Origin: Deinococcales bacterium
Lineage (GTDB): Bacteria; Deinococcota; Deinococci; Deinococcales; JAAFIG01
Direction: 5' to 3'
Length of the DNA: 64,000 bases
NCBI GenBank assembly: GCA_043775825.1
Contig: JAYVRX010000047.1
Location: 7,027 to 71,026 of the forward strand
Position numbers and translations under genes: made by a program. Under the pieces are notes generated by a model. It was not told the DNA's origin, did not search any database, and was given only the letters and a program-made list of their open reading frames with translations. This document shows, piece after piece, positions 20,462 to 29,862 of this stretch. Each line of letters begins with the position of its first letter. The stretch's first letter is position 1.

Positions 20462-22882
20462 CTACCCGCGTATCTCGAGTCCCGCATCCTTCACAGCGTT
20501 CATCACGTTCTGCATTGCGCCGTCCACTTCGGTATCGGTCAGTGTTCGACCTGGGGCGCGAAACTCGAGGCGGATGGCAACGCTGCGATGACCTTCGGGG
20601 ATTTTGCCGCCGGCGAATACGTCAAACGGTTGAACGCTCTCGAGGAATAATCCTGCGGCTTTTTTGGTCAGTTTCTCGAGGTCGCTGTACGGTGTGGAGT
20701 TCGGGGCGATGATGGCAAGGTCGCGCAGGGCGCTGGGAAGGCGGCTGGGGTCTTTGAAATTCCAAGCTCGGGTTGGAAGCGGCAGTTTCATTTCGGCAAT
20801 TAAGGTGTTGTTTGGAAGCTCCAAGTTGGCGGCAACTTGCGGGTGAATTGCGCCGATCACACCAACGCTAGACCCGTTCCAAAAAATTTCGCCTGCAATG
20901 CCTGGATGTAGGAAGGCTGGAGCGTGCCTATGTTGTTGCACCTCTAACAAATCGCCAAGTCTGTGCGCGGCAGCTTCCAAGATACCTTTGAACGCGTAGA
21001 AACCGCCGTTCACGCCAGCCTGCCAGTTCTTGGCGGCATAATCGCCACTCATCAATAAGCCCAAGTGTTCCTCGCCAGGGTGATTGGTGTCCGAAAGCGG
21101 GTACGGGAAGACATTGCCAACTTCAAACAACAACAGATTCTCGAGCGCCCGATTGACTTTGGCGGTGTTCAGTAAGCTCGAGACAAGTTGCGTCCGAAGG
21201 TGCGTGCGCTCCGAAGATTGCGCGTTTTGCAACTCGAGCATCGGTTCTGGAACTCGAGCGCGTTCTGCCTCGAGGGTATTGGTGAAACTGTAACTAACAA
21301 TTTCTTGGAAACCAAGCCCAACCAGAACTTCTTTTAAAGCTCGAGTTGCTTTCATAGGCGCATCCACACCGCGTACACCATCGTTCACGCGAATATTCGG
21401 CAAGGTTTCGGGAATGGCATCGTAACCAAGCATCCGAGCGACCTCTTCGACCAAATCGACTTCCAAATCCATATTCACGCGGTTGGTTGAAGGATGAACT
21501 GTCCACACGTCACTCGAGCTTTCAACCAAGAATCCCAGACGCTCGAGTGCCGCTTTCATGTCATCGCTCGAGAAACCAGTTCCCAAATATTCGTTGGCAA
21601 ATGTGGGACGAAATTGAACGCTCAAACGTGGTTGTTCACCGCCAGCATCGAAATGCCCAGCCACGACCTGCCCGCCGCCAGACTCGAGGATCAACTGCAT
21701 GTAACGGTTAGACGCCCAGACGGGCAAGTTTGGGTCTACGCCGCGCTCGAAACGATACACGGCATCGGTTGCCAGCCCCAAACGCCGTGCGGTAAGGCGC
21801 AATTGCACAGGATTAAAACTTGCCGCCTCGAGCACCACATCGGTTGTGGCATCCGTGATGGCGCTGTATTTCGCGCCAACAATTCCAGCGACACCAATCA
21901 CTCGAGATTCAGTGTTGACTGGGGTCGTAATCACCAAATCTCTGGCAGTCAACACCCGAGGTTGATCGTCGAGCGAAATGATATTTTCGGCGTCCATCGC
22001 ATGACGAACCACAATCTTACGTTCGGGTAAGTCCTTGGCGTCATAAGCCGCCGTGGGTTGTCCAAGCTCGAGCATCACATAATTGCTGGCATCCACCAGA
22101 TTGTTGATGGCTCGCATTCCAGCGTTGGTGACACGACGCTGCAACCACGCGGGACTCGGAACGACCTTTACACCCTTCGCCATTCTCGCCACAAAACGCG
22201 GGCAGGATTCAGGCTCGAGGACTTCGATCTGCACAGGGAAATTTGAGTCATGCGCACTTTCAAGACCCAGAGAAGGCAGTTTCACCTCGAGTTTTAAGAA
22301 CGCCGCCAAATCCCTGGCAATGCCCAAGACGCTTAAAGCATCGGCACGGTTTGGCGTGATTTCCACATCCAACACCACATCCTCAGCCCACAAATTGCTG
22401 AGCGCCGTGCCAGGTACGGCGTTGTTGGCTGGAAACTCGAGCAAGCCACCCGCGTACTCGCCGATACCCAATTCTTTGGGCGAACAACACATGCCCCACG
22501 AGGTCTTCCCTTGAATCTCGCGGATGCCGACCACCGTGCCCTGCCCGTCCATGTCCACACCCTGATGCGCCGCCAGTTGCGTGCCAGGGGCTGCCACCGC
22601 CACGCCCACACCCGCTCGAGCGTTGCTTGCCCCCGTGACAATCGTTTTGGGCGTACCATCACCGACATCGACCAACAAATCAAACAAATGCGTTTCGGGC
22701 ATGGCTTCACAGGTCAGCACCACGCCAAAAATCACACCATCGGGCGGCGCGGGAGACTCGAGAAATTCTTCAACGCCCGTGCCGAGCATGGCAAGAATCG
22801 GCTCGAGGTTGTGCGGGTTGTTACTTATTTTAGCGGGAAGTTCTGGAAGCATTTCGACCAGCCAGGAATAGGGTACTTTCAT
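20462..22882 (-). CDS. pheT: Phenylalanyl-tRNA synthetase beta subunit
   Basis: 806 aa. MKVPYSWL start, tRNA-binding, B3/4, B5 and FDX-ACB regions are recognisable. Confidence 0.95.
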   Translation of the reverse strand: MKVPYSWLVEMLPELPAKISNNPHNLEPILAMLGTGVEEFLESPAPPDGVIFGVVLTCEAMPETHLFDLLVDVGDGTPKTIVTGASNARAGVGVAVAAPGTQLAAHQGVDMDGQGTVVGIREIQGKTSWGMCCSPKELGIGEYAGGLLEFPANNAVPGTALSNLWAEDVVLDVEITPNRADALSVLGIARDLAAFLKLEVKLPSLGLESAHDSNFPVQIEVLEPESCPRFVARMAKGVKVVPSPAWLQRRVTNAGMRAINNLVDASNYVMLELGQPTAAYDAKDLPERKIVVRHAMDAENIISLDDQPRVLTARDLVITTPVNTESRVIGVAGIVGAKYSAITDATTDVVLEAASFNPVQLRLTARRLGLATDAVYRFERGVDPNLPVWASNRYMQLILESGGGQVVAGHFDAGGEQPRLSVQFRPTFANEYLGTGFSSDDMKAALERLGFLVESSSDVWTVHPSTNRVNMDLEVDLVEEVARMLGYDAIPETLPNIRVNDGVRGVDAPMKATRALKEVLVGLGFQEIVSYSFTNTLEAERARVPEPMLELQNAQSSERTHLRTQLVSSLLNTAKVNRALENLLLFEVGNVFPYPLSDTNHPGEEHLGLLMSGDYAAKNWQAGVNGGFYAFKGILEAAAHRLGDLLEVQQHRHAPAFLHPGIAGEIFWNGSSVGVIGAIHPQVAANLELPNNTLIAEMKLPLPTRAWNFKDPSRLPSALRDLAIIAPNSTPYSDLEKLTKKAAGLFLESVQPFDVFAGGKIPEGHRSVAIRLEFRAPGRTLTDTEVDGAMQNVMNAVKDAGLEIRG

Positions 22883-22902
22883 GAGTTTACCTCTCTAGAA
22901 CC

Positions 22903-22923
22903 ATAAGCTTTAAGCTATAAGCT
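22903..22923. repeat. Left inverted repeat of four-helix-bundle gene cassette
   Basis: ataagctttaagctataagct is the reverse complement (19/21) of agcttatagcttggagcttat at 23305-23325. Confidence 0.7.
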
Positions 22924-23283
22924 AAGAATCTCGGGGTTTGAGTTTGCGGACAAACGCTATCGTTATTTTTTTGATCTCATTGGTTTTTTCTTGAAGCGAT
23001 TCGTACCGTTCTAAGGGGAGATATTCAAGATCACGTGCAAGAATGAGTTGATACTCGAGTTCGGAGATTGAGCCTGGTGCAATGATTAAAAAACGGTGAA
23101 ATTCATTTCAGAGCTTCGTCCACAACCTTCGGCAATATTTGTTGGGATAGAAGACGCAGAACGACGAATTTGACTTGTTAAACCATAAAGTTCGTCTCAA
23201 GGGAAACTCTGACTGGTTTTGTAAATTTCGAGTGTTAACACATGACTTTTTTGCCACACAACCAATTCTCGAAAATCACGCAT
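22922..23283 (-). pseudogene. Decayed four-helix-bundle protein gene (23S rRNA intervening-sequence protein family)
   Basis: Manual translation: MRDFRELVVWQKSHVLTLEIYKTSQSFP*DELYGLTSQIRRSASSIPTNIAEGCGRSS. After a frameshift it continues as NEFHRFLIIAPGSISELEYQLILARDLEYLPLERYESLQEKTNEIKKITIAFVRKLKPRDS*. There is one in-frame TGA (23197-23199) and at least one frameshift. Confidence 0.75.
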
Positions 23284-23304
23284 AAGATACCTGTTTTCGC
23301 TTAA

Positions 23305-23325
23305 AGCTTATAGCTTGGAGCTTAT
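23305..23325. repeat. Right inverted repeat of four-helix-bundle gene cassette
   Basis: agcttatagcttggagcttat. See 22903-23923 partner at 22903-22923. Confidence 0.7.
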
Positions 23326-23337
23326 AGCCCAAATTCC

Positions 23338-24348
23338 TCACTCGAGATTCCCCCTAAACTGCCGCAACACCCGCAAATCATTCTGAAAAAAATACCGAAT
23401 GTCAGGAATGCCGTACTTAATCATTGCCAGGCGCTCAATCCCCAAACCAAACGCGAACCCTCGAGCGCCTGCGTACTTGTCATCTTTGCGTAGTTTGCAA
23501 ACTTCTTCAAACACCCGAGGGTGAACCATGCCGCACCCGCCAAGCTCGAGCCATTTTGCCGCGCCCGTGCGCGGGTTCTCCCAGTACACGGCAAAGTCGG
23601 CGCTGGGTTCGGTGAAAGGGTAATAACTGGGTTGAAAACGGACTTTGGCACGGCTACCAAACAAACCTTTCGCCATTTCTGCCAAAGTACCTTTTTGGTC
23701 TGCAAGCGTGATCCCAGTCCCCACCACCAGTCCCTCGAGTTGATGGAACATGGCTTCGTGGGTGGCGTCAGTTTGCTCAAATCTAAAAACTTTTCCTGGC
23801 ACGACAATTTTGAACGGCGCTTCATGGGCTTCCATAAACCTGATTTGCATTGGGCTGGTGTGCGTCCGTAAAACGCGGTTGTCTTTGAGCCAGAACGTAT
23901 CCCATTGATCGCGGGCGGGATGATAACCAGGAATGTTCAGGGCATCGAAATTGTGTAGTTCGTCCTCGACTTCAGGTCCTTGCACCACGGCATAGCCTAG
24001 GCTGCGGTAAATGTCGGACAGGTCATCAATAATTCGGGTAATCAAATGGAAACCGCCCGTTTGAAAACCGATTCCTGGCAATGTCACATCGAGCGCCTCG
24101 CTGGCAAGTTTGCGCTCGAGTTCGGCATTCTTGATCTCGGATTCTCTGGACTCAAACATCATCTCGAGTTCGTTCTTGACCAGATTAACGGCTGCACCTT
24201 TGGCTTTTCGGGCGTCTGGGTCAAGGCTGCCGAGGGTTTTGAGTTCTGCCGTCAACAAACCCTTCTTACCCAGGTATTTGACTTTGACTTCTTGCAACAT
24301 CGCAAGGCTCGAGCTTGCTGCAATTTCTAGTTTGGCTTCGTTGACCAT
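23338..24348 (-). CDS. pheS: Phenylalanyl-tRNA synthetase alpha subunit
   Basis: Class II core motifs (HPARD, FRFE, GFAFGLGIERLAM). SD aaaggag before ATG 24348. Confidence 0.96.
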   Translation of the reverse strand: MVNEAKLEIAASSSLAMLQEVKVKYLGKKGLLTAELKTLGSLDPDARKAKGAAVNLVKNELEMMFESRESEIKNAELERKLASEALDVTLPGIGFQTGGFHLITRIIDDLSDIYRSLGYAVVQGPEVEDELHNFDALNIPGYHPARDQWDTFWLKDNRVLRTHTSPMQIRFMEAHEAPFKIVVPGKVFRFEQTDATHEAMFHQLEGLVVGTGITLADQKGTLAEMAKGLFGSRAKVRFQPSYYPFTEPSADFAVYWENPRTGAAKWLELGGCGMVHPRVFEEVCKLRKDDKYAGARGFAFGLGIERLAMIKYGIPDIRYFFQNDLRVLRQFRGNLE

Positions 24349-24368
24349 AAAATTCTCCTTTGGGACAA

Positions 24369-24394
24369 TAAAAAACTTCGGCTGATAGCCGAAG
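24369..24394 (-). terminator. Terminator-like hairpin in the pheS 5' leader (candidate attenuator)
   Basis: Minus strand reads cttcggct-atc-agccgaag followed by TTTTTTATT, only about 20 nt upstream of the pheS SD. A second hairpin lies at 24401-24431. Confidence 0.5.
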
Positions 24395-24562
24395 CGAACG
24401 CGCAAAACACTCTTTTAAAAGGTGTTTGCGCTAACTTGTAAATGGCGAACGTGTACCCACGGATTAAGGGTAACGGGTTACGGGCAGAACGTCAAGACTC
24501 GAGTTCCATAAAATTCTAATCTCTGTCACGAAAATGAACCTAAAAAGGAGTACATTGAGCTT

Positions 24563-24787
24563 ATGAGTCAGCTTGAACTTGAAAAAGTGTTACTGGATTT
24601 ACCTCGTGAAGCTCGAGCCGAAATTGCGCATCGGTTAATCTCGAGCTTAACCGAACCGAGTGAAGCGGAATCAGATGCCTTGCTGGCAAAAGTGGCACTC
24701 AAACGACTCGAGGAATTAAAAGCAGGTACAGTCAAAGGCATTTCGGGAAAGGAAGCGCTTTTCAGTGCCAGACAAGCTTTACAATGA
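24563..24787 (+). CDS. Addiction-module antitoxin (ParD/RelB-partner type small helical protein)
   Basis: MSQLELEKVLLDLPREARAEIAHRLISSL...EELKAG is a typical 'putative addiction module component' sequence. SD aaaggag. Confidence 0.75.
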   Translation: MSQLELEKVLLDLPREARAEIAHRLISSLTEPSEAESDALLAKVALKRLEELKAGTVKGISGKEALFSARQALQ

Positions 24788-25078
24788 CACGTTTCACCCT
24801 GAAGCACTCGAGGAATTGATTCAGACCGAACTGTACTACGCCGAAATATCCAAAGAATTGGCGAATGATTTTTACCTCGAGGTAGAAGCTTCTATTGGTT
24901 TCTTACGAGAATTTGCTGAAGCTGGACGAAAAATCCATCCTGATGGTGTACGAAAAATGACCTTGAAACGTTCCCCTATCAATTGGTTTATGTACTCGAG
25001 GGGCAAGAATTTATTGTTTTGGCAGTGGCACACCAGCGCAGTCAACCCGAGTATTGGTTGTACCGATTGAAGAACTAA
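24765..25078 (+). pseudogene. RelE/ParE-family toxin gene carrying frameshift(s)
   Basis: The N-terminal frame reads FHPEALEELIQTELYYAE.... The conserved C-terminus ETFPYQLVYVLEGQEFIVLAVAHQRSQPEYWLYRLKN* is in a different frame, ending at 25078. The switch is near the A5 run in cgaaaaatgacc. The ATG overlapping the antitoxin stop is also out of frame. Confidence 0.65.
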
Positions 25079-25135
25079 TATAGCTCGAGTCACTCAGGAC
25101 TCGAGCCAAGTCTTTTCAAGGAGTAGACTCGAGAC

Positions 25136-26398
25136 ATGAGTGTTAGCGCGTCCACATCGGGTTTTGGTTTAATCAATTCGTTTTCTTCGGCGGTACAAAA
25201 GAATTTGCTGGTATTGTTCAGCGCCCAAGCCTTAAACACGGGCGCGACCACGGTTTCAACTTCACTCTCGAGCATTATCATTGTGCATATTACTGGGGCG
25301 GACAAACTGTCTGGTTTACCCAGTACGATTAATTTTTTCATGAGCGCCATCGCCGCGTTTTGGGCTGGGCGTTTGATGGCTGCCAAAGGGCGGCGCATCG
25401 GTTTAAGTTTGGGTTACGCGATTGGTTTTGTCGGCGCAGCACTGGCGGCAACGATGGCGCTCGAGAAGAATCTGGTTGGGTTTTTGATCGGTGGCGCGTT
25501 GGTCGGTGTGGCGAACGGCGCGGTTCAGCAGGGGCGTTATGCCGTGGCGGACATGGTGGGCGGTGGCGTGCGCGGTACGGTCATGGGTTGGATTTTGACA
25601 GGCAGCGTCCTTGGATCGGTGGCGACCACGATCATCTCGAGCTATGTACGGGCGTATGCAAAGGGCATTAACCTGCCCGAGATTGAATTTGGTTGGTATC
25701 TGGGGTCATTGTTCATGCTGATTGCGGGTCTGATTGTCTGGTTTTTCTTGCGCCCAGAACCGTTGACGCTCGCGCCACAAACCTCGAGCGTCACAACTGA
25801 AAGCCTGCCCAGCAATCTCGAGGTTCGGAGTTGGAGCACGTTGCTGGCAGTTCCGAATATTCGCCTTGCATTAAGTTCCATGACCTTTGGACAGTTGGTC
25901 ATGGTGATGCTGATGGTACTGATGCCGCTTCATGCCGATCACTTGGGAATTGCGCCCCTCACGATCATAACCCTGATTACTTCGCATATTTTTGGCATGT
26001 TCTCACTTTCCTGGCTGACTGGCAGTTTGGCAGATAGATGGGGTCGTCGTACCGTCATCATGCTTGGCGCGTTGCAATTTGCGCTCTCGGGATTTATCGC
26101 TATTTTTGCCACGCGTCCGCTCGAGATGGGCATCAGTTTATTCCTGCTCGGCACGGGTTGGAATTTTTGTTCGGTGGGTGGCAGCACACTGTTAACCGAC
26201 AGCCTCGAGCCTATTGAGCGTGCTCGAGTTCAGGGCGGTGCGGAAACGATGGTTTGGATTTTTGCCGCAACGGGTGCGCTCGGCGGTGGCTTGATTGCGG
26301 GAACGTTTGGCTTTCCTATTCTTGGGGTGATCGGCATGATCGCGGGTCTAGTGCCGCTTGCGGTGGCATTGATGACCTCCAATACCAAAAACCTGTAA
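25136..26398 (+). CDS. MFS transporter
   Basis: 420 aa, about 12 TM segments, with the MFS loop motif (GRLMAAKGRR, DRWGRR). Confidence 0.88.
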   Translation: MSVSASTSGFGLINSFSSAVQKNLLVLFSAQALNTGATTVSTSLSSIIIVHITGADKLSGLPSTINFFMSAIAAFWAGRLMAAKGRRIGLSLGYAIGFVGAALAATMALEKNLVGFLIGGALVGVANGAVQQGRYAVADMVGGGVRGTVMGWILTGSVLGSVATTIISSYVRAYAKGINLPEIEFGWYLGSLFMLIAGLIVWFFLRPEPLTLAPQTSSVTTESLPSNLEVRSWSTLLAVPNIRLALSSMTFGQLVMVMLMVLMPLHADHLGIAPLTIITLITSHIFGMFSLSWLTGSLADRWGRRTVIMLGALQFALSGFIAIFATRPLEMGISLFLLGTGWNFCSVGGSTLLTDSLEPIERARVQGGAETMVWIFAATGALGGGLIAGTFGFPILGVIGMIAGLVPLAVALMTSNTKNL

Positions 26399-26408
26399 TA
26401 CTGCTGCC

Positions 26409-27899
26409 ATGAGCGTCAATCGCATGGTGATGGTGGACATTCCAGGGGCTAGCCTCGATGAAGAGACTCGAGCGCATTTAACGCGCTTTAAGCCTGGTGG
26501 CATTATTTTATTCCGCAAGAACATTGTGGATCGTGCGCAAACTCGAGCGCTGATTGAAGATTTGAAAAGCATTCTTGGCGATGATCTGCTGCTGGCGATT
26601 GATGCCGAAGGCGGCGGCGTCTGGCGCACCACAGACCTTCCCAACGCACCCAGCGCCATGAGTTTGGGCGCAAGCAACGACCTGAATCTGGCTCGAGACA
26701 TTGGTGCGTTGGTGGCTCGAGGGTTGCGGTCTATGGGTATCAATTGGAATTTTGCACCGGTGCTGGATTTGAACAACAATCCGTTCAATCCGGTCATCAG
26801 TGATCGGTCTTTTGGCGAGAATCCAAAACGCGTGACCGAACTGGCGCTGGCTTGGGCTGAAGGTCTGATGTCGGAGGGTGTCGCGGCGTGCGGCAAGCAT
26901 TTTCCTGGGCACGGCGATACCAAACTCGATTCGCATCTGGCACTGCCAACTGTGACGCGCAATCTCGAGGGTCTGGAAGAGTACGAACTTGTGCCATTTC
27001 GAGGTTCTGCCGCGCATCTGCCAAGCATCATGACGGCGCACATCGTCTACCCGAGCATTGATCCTGATTTGCCCGCAACGCTGTCAAGAAAAATCTTGAC
27101 GGGTTTGCTGCGCGAACGCGGTGGGTTTGAGGGTGTGATCGTGACCGATTCGATGGGAATGCACGCGATAGACAAAAACTGGGGTCGTGGCGAGGCTGCC
27201 GTCATGAGCATCAGCGCGGGTTCGGATATGGTTGAGGCGCTTGGCGCTAGGGAGGCTCAAGCCAAAACGATGGAAGCGCTCGAGAATGCCGAAAAAAACG
27301 GTGTGATCTCGAGCGAACGCATCACAGCCTCACTCGAGCGTCTTCACAAACTCGCCAGCCGTTTTCCGATTGCGCCACTCGACTACGCCGCCGATCTCGA
27401 GGCTTCAGACCGTGTTTTGGCGTCCGTTGCTTGGGGTGCGGGCATTACCGAATTTGGCAGTGTTGTGCTGCCAAAACCTGGCTCGAGCATTACGCTGATT
27501 GCGCCCGATGTTGCCCCCGAAGAAAATGTTTCCGAAGTCGGCGTGGCAGGAGCGAACCTTGTCACACTGCTCTCGAGCGAATACCAAGTCAAAGCGATTC
27601 TTCACCCCGCCCGTGACCCGCTTTCAGTTCTGGCGCAAGTTAAAGCGGCTCGAGCGGCTGGGGATTTTATTGTTTACGCCAGCACCAGCCGTCACCGCAT
27701 GACCGAAGCCGGATGCGAACTGGCTCGAGTCGCACAACCCAATCTGCACTTAGCGCTGTGGAACGCCTACACAGTCGCTGACGTGCCAGCACCCGCACTT
27801 ATGACCTATGGCTACCGCCCCGAGGCGCTAAGGGCATTAAAGAGGGTTTTACGCGGTGAAGCTCGAGCGACTGGGGTTGTGCCAGTGAAGTTGGGTTGA
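26409..27899 (+). CDS. Glycoside hydrolase family 3 beta-N-acetylhexosaminidase (NagZ-like) with C-terminal extension
   Basis: GGIILFRKN, AIDAEGG, KHFPGHGDTKLDSH, VTDSMGM motifs. Confidence 0.88.
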   Translation: MSVNRMVMVDIPGASLDEETRAHLTRFKPGGIILFRKNIVDRAQTRALIEDLKSILGDDLLLAIDAEGGGVWRTTDLPNAPSAMSLGASNDLNLARDIGALVARGLRSMGINWNFAPVLDLNNNPFNPVISDRSFGENPKRVTELALAWAEGLMSEGVAACGKHFPGHGDTKLDSHLALPTVTRNLEGLEEYELVPFRGSAAHLPSIMTAHIVYPSIDPDLPATLSRKILTGLLRERGGFEGVIVTDSMGMHAIDKNWGRGEAAVMSISAGSDMVEALGAREAQAKTMEALENAEKNGVISSERITASLERLHKLASRFPIAPLDYAADLEASDRVLASVAWGAGITEFGSVVLPKPGSSITLIAPDVAPEENVSEVGVAGANLVTLLSSEYQVKAILHPARDPLSVLAQVKAARAAGDFIVYASTSRHRMTEAGCELARVAQPNLHLALWNAYTVADVPAPALMTYGYRPEALRALKRVLRGEARATGVVPVKLG

Positions 27900-27939
27900 G
27901 GTTCTAACCTTGCACTCAGAATCTCGAGTGCGCCTGATG

Positions 27940-29862
27940 TCAAGGACTGACGAACAACCGTGTTCGCGGTGGCGCATCTTTGGTCAAAAATTGTCGCACT
28001 TCACTGCCTCGAGCTTCCTCGACTTGAATGTCGTAATTGCGGGTGGTGTAAACGATATTGGAGTACAAAAAACTGCCCTTCGCGTTGGAGGAAATCTTAA
28101 ACGCAACCTCATTAGGCTGCATTCGGTCTGTGGCAGGGTACAACAAGCCACCAAGATATTCGCTCGAGCCACCGTTTTTGGTGTCAATCACGGTTTGGTT
28201 GCCTTCGGTTTTCATGCCCAAAATCCAAAGTATGCCGCCGTCGTTGATGATTTTGGTGCGTTCGCGTTGTTCGTTATTGACTTGACGACCCCAGAAATGC
28301 TGTCCCGCTTTCACGGTGAAACCGTCCATTTGCGCATCCTCGGCGAAGACATCGCCCGCGCCAGGGTTCGAGCGGTAATCAAAAACGCCGTATTTCATGA
28401 CGACGGTACGGCTCGAGAGGTGCTCGATTTTGATGCCGTAACCAAATTGTTCAATGATTAAAGGTTCGCTCGAGGCTGAGTCCACAATAAACCGAATTCC
28501 GCCACCATTAATGCCGTTGGCATCGCTGTTAATCACCCCAGAAAATCCGACGATACGTTTGACGCTGGCGGGGACACGCACCGCCAGTTCGTTGTAAACC
28601 AATCGCGTGCCGAACGGAAAGTAGACGGTACTCTTGCCAGAGTCGAGTAAGGCTTGCAGTTCGCTGACCACCTGGCAATCGCCGTAACCAAAGCAAGTCA
28701 CTTTTGCCCAGTTGCTCAGGTTTTCATCGTTGAACGAGGGCGTGTTCAGAATCGGTAATTTTAGCATTTCGGCTTTTGCGTTGGCATTGAACAAACTGTA
28801 CACTTTCGGACTCGAGTACCATTCGCTTAAACTTGAGCCAGGGATCACCTGCCCATCGTCTTGCACGACACTGGCATAACCAGAGGCAGACACATTTCGC
28901 AAGTACACGAAAGCCTCTTTGCTCGAGGCGGTCAGAATCGCGCTCGAGTTTGCCGCGCCACCCTCGAGCTTGGAATCGAGCAGGGTGATTAAGCCGTGTC
29001 CGTACCCGTCGTTTTTGATGGCTGGAACGGCGTTAATGCTCGAGAGTCCTCGAATCGCCATGACCGCACCATCGTTTTTGATGCCGGCAATTTTTTGGTT
29101 TTTCAACACAATGTTTTCGTAGGTTTGACTGTACTCAATAAATTGCACACGAATGCCGTAATCGAAGCCTTCGATGTACAAATTCTTGAACATGTTCGGT
29201 CCAGCCCAGTTGCGGGTCAACTCGAGACCAGAAACGCCCTGCCCATCTTCGGAGCGAATCAATACGTTGCGCAGTGCGCCAGAATTGTTGCTGATGTAAT
29301 CCAGACCGATAGCGCCAGGGTTAGCCGATGACACCAGAATTTGCATATCCCAAATATTCTGCCGAAACGATTCGTTACCGTTCTCGGATTTGATGACTGC
29401 TTTGGGACTGGCGACGCTCGAGAATCCAGGGCTAGCAGGTTTCAAACGGATAATGCTGCTACCCGAACCCTGCCCTTGCAGAGTCACGCAGCATCCCGTC
29501 CAACTGAGGGTATCAGAAACCAAATATGTCCCCGCCGGAAAGTACAGGGCTTTTGGGCGACCATTGAACTCGGCGGGTGGATAAAGCGGTTTGCCGTTTG
29601 CATCGCGCCGTCCGTCGTCCAAGGCTTTTTGAATTGCGGCGGTGTCATCGGTTGTGCCGTCGCCCTTCGCGCCGTAGTCTTTGATGGATTTCATAAAACC
29701 GTCTGGAAACGCAATCGGACCCAGCGTCAATACAGCGCTGGCAGGTGGCGCCGGGGTCGGCGTAATCGGCTGCGCGGTGTTACAAGCCATCAACACAACC
29801 AGTACAAGACCCAAGCTCGAGAATGCCAACTTACGAGCACTATTTTTCAACTCGAGTTTCAT
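27940..29862 (-). CDS. Secreted lipoprotein, pectate-lyase-3 / GH55-like right-handed beta-helix
   Basis: Lipobox VLMAC. The N-terminal IKDYGAKGDGTTDDTAAIQKAL motif is typical of the Pectate_lyase_3/GH55 family. Confidence 0.8.
   Translation of the reverse strand: MKLELKNSARKLAFSSLGLVLVVLMACNTAQPITPTPAPPASAVLTLGPIAFPDGFMKSIKDYGAKGDGTTDDTAAIQKALDDGRRDANGKPLYPPAEFNGRPKALYFPAGTYLVSDTLSWTGCCVTLQGQGSGSSIIRLKPASPGFSSVASPKAVIKSENGNESFRQNIWDMQILVSSANPGAIGLDYISNNSGALRNVLIRSEDGQGVSGLELTRNWAGPNMFKNLYIEGFDYGIRVQFIEYSQTYENIVLKNQKIAGIKNDGAVMAIRGLSSINAVPAIKNDGYGHGLITLLDSKLEGGAANSSAILTASSKEAFVYLRNVSASGYASVVQDDGQVIPGSSLSEWYSSPKVYSLFNANAKAEMLKLPILNTPSFNDENLSNWAKVTCFGYGDCQVVSELQALLDSGKSTVYFPFGTRLVYNELAVRVPASVKRIVGFSGVINSDANGINGGGIRFIVDSASSEPLIIEQFGYGIKIEHLSSRTVVMKYGVFDYRSNPGAGDVFAEDAQMDGFTVKAGQHFWGRQVNNEQRERTKIINDGGILWILGMKTEGNQTVIDTKNGGSSEYLGGLLYPATDRMQPNEVAFKISSNAKGSFLYSNIVYTTRNYDIQVEEARGSEVRQFLTKDAPPRTRLFVSP

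Noticed and set aside
23197-23199. The in-frame TGA in the four-helix-bundle gene as selenocysteine or programmed readthrough.
   Set aside because: The gene also carries a frameshift and sits in a decayed cassette. No SECIS-like context was sought or is evident. A pseudogene is the simpler explanation.
24349-24562. A T-box riboswitch or Phe leader peptide for pheS.
   Set aside because: The leader (about 160-210 nt) shows only a weak resemblance to the T-box 14-mer. I found no identifiable Stem I or UUC specifier loop and no antiterminator pairing with the terminator 5' arm. The only small ORF with Phe codons (MYSFLGSFS) overlaps the SD of the divergent gene. The hairpins are reported, but the mechanism is left open.
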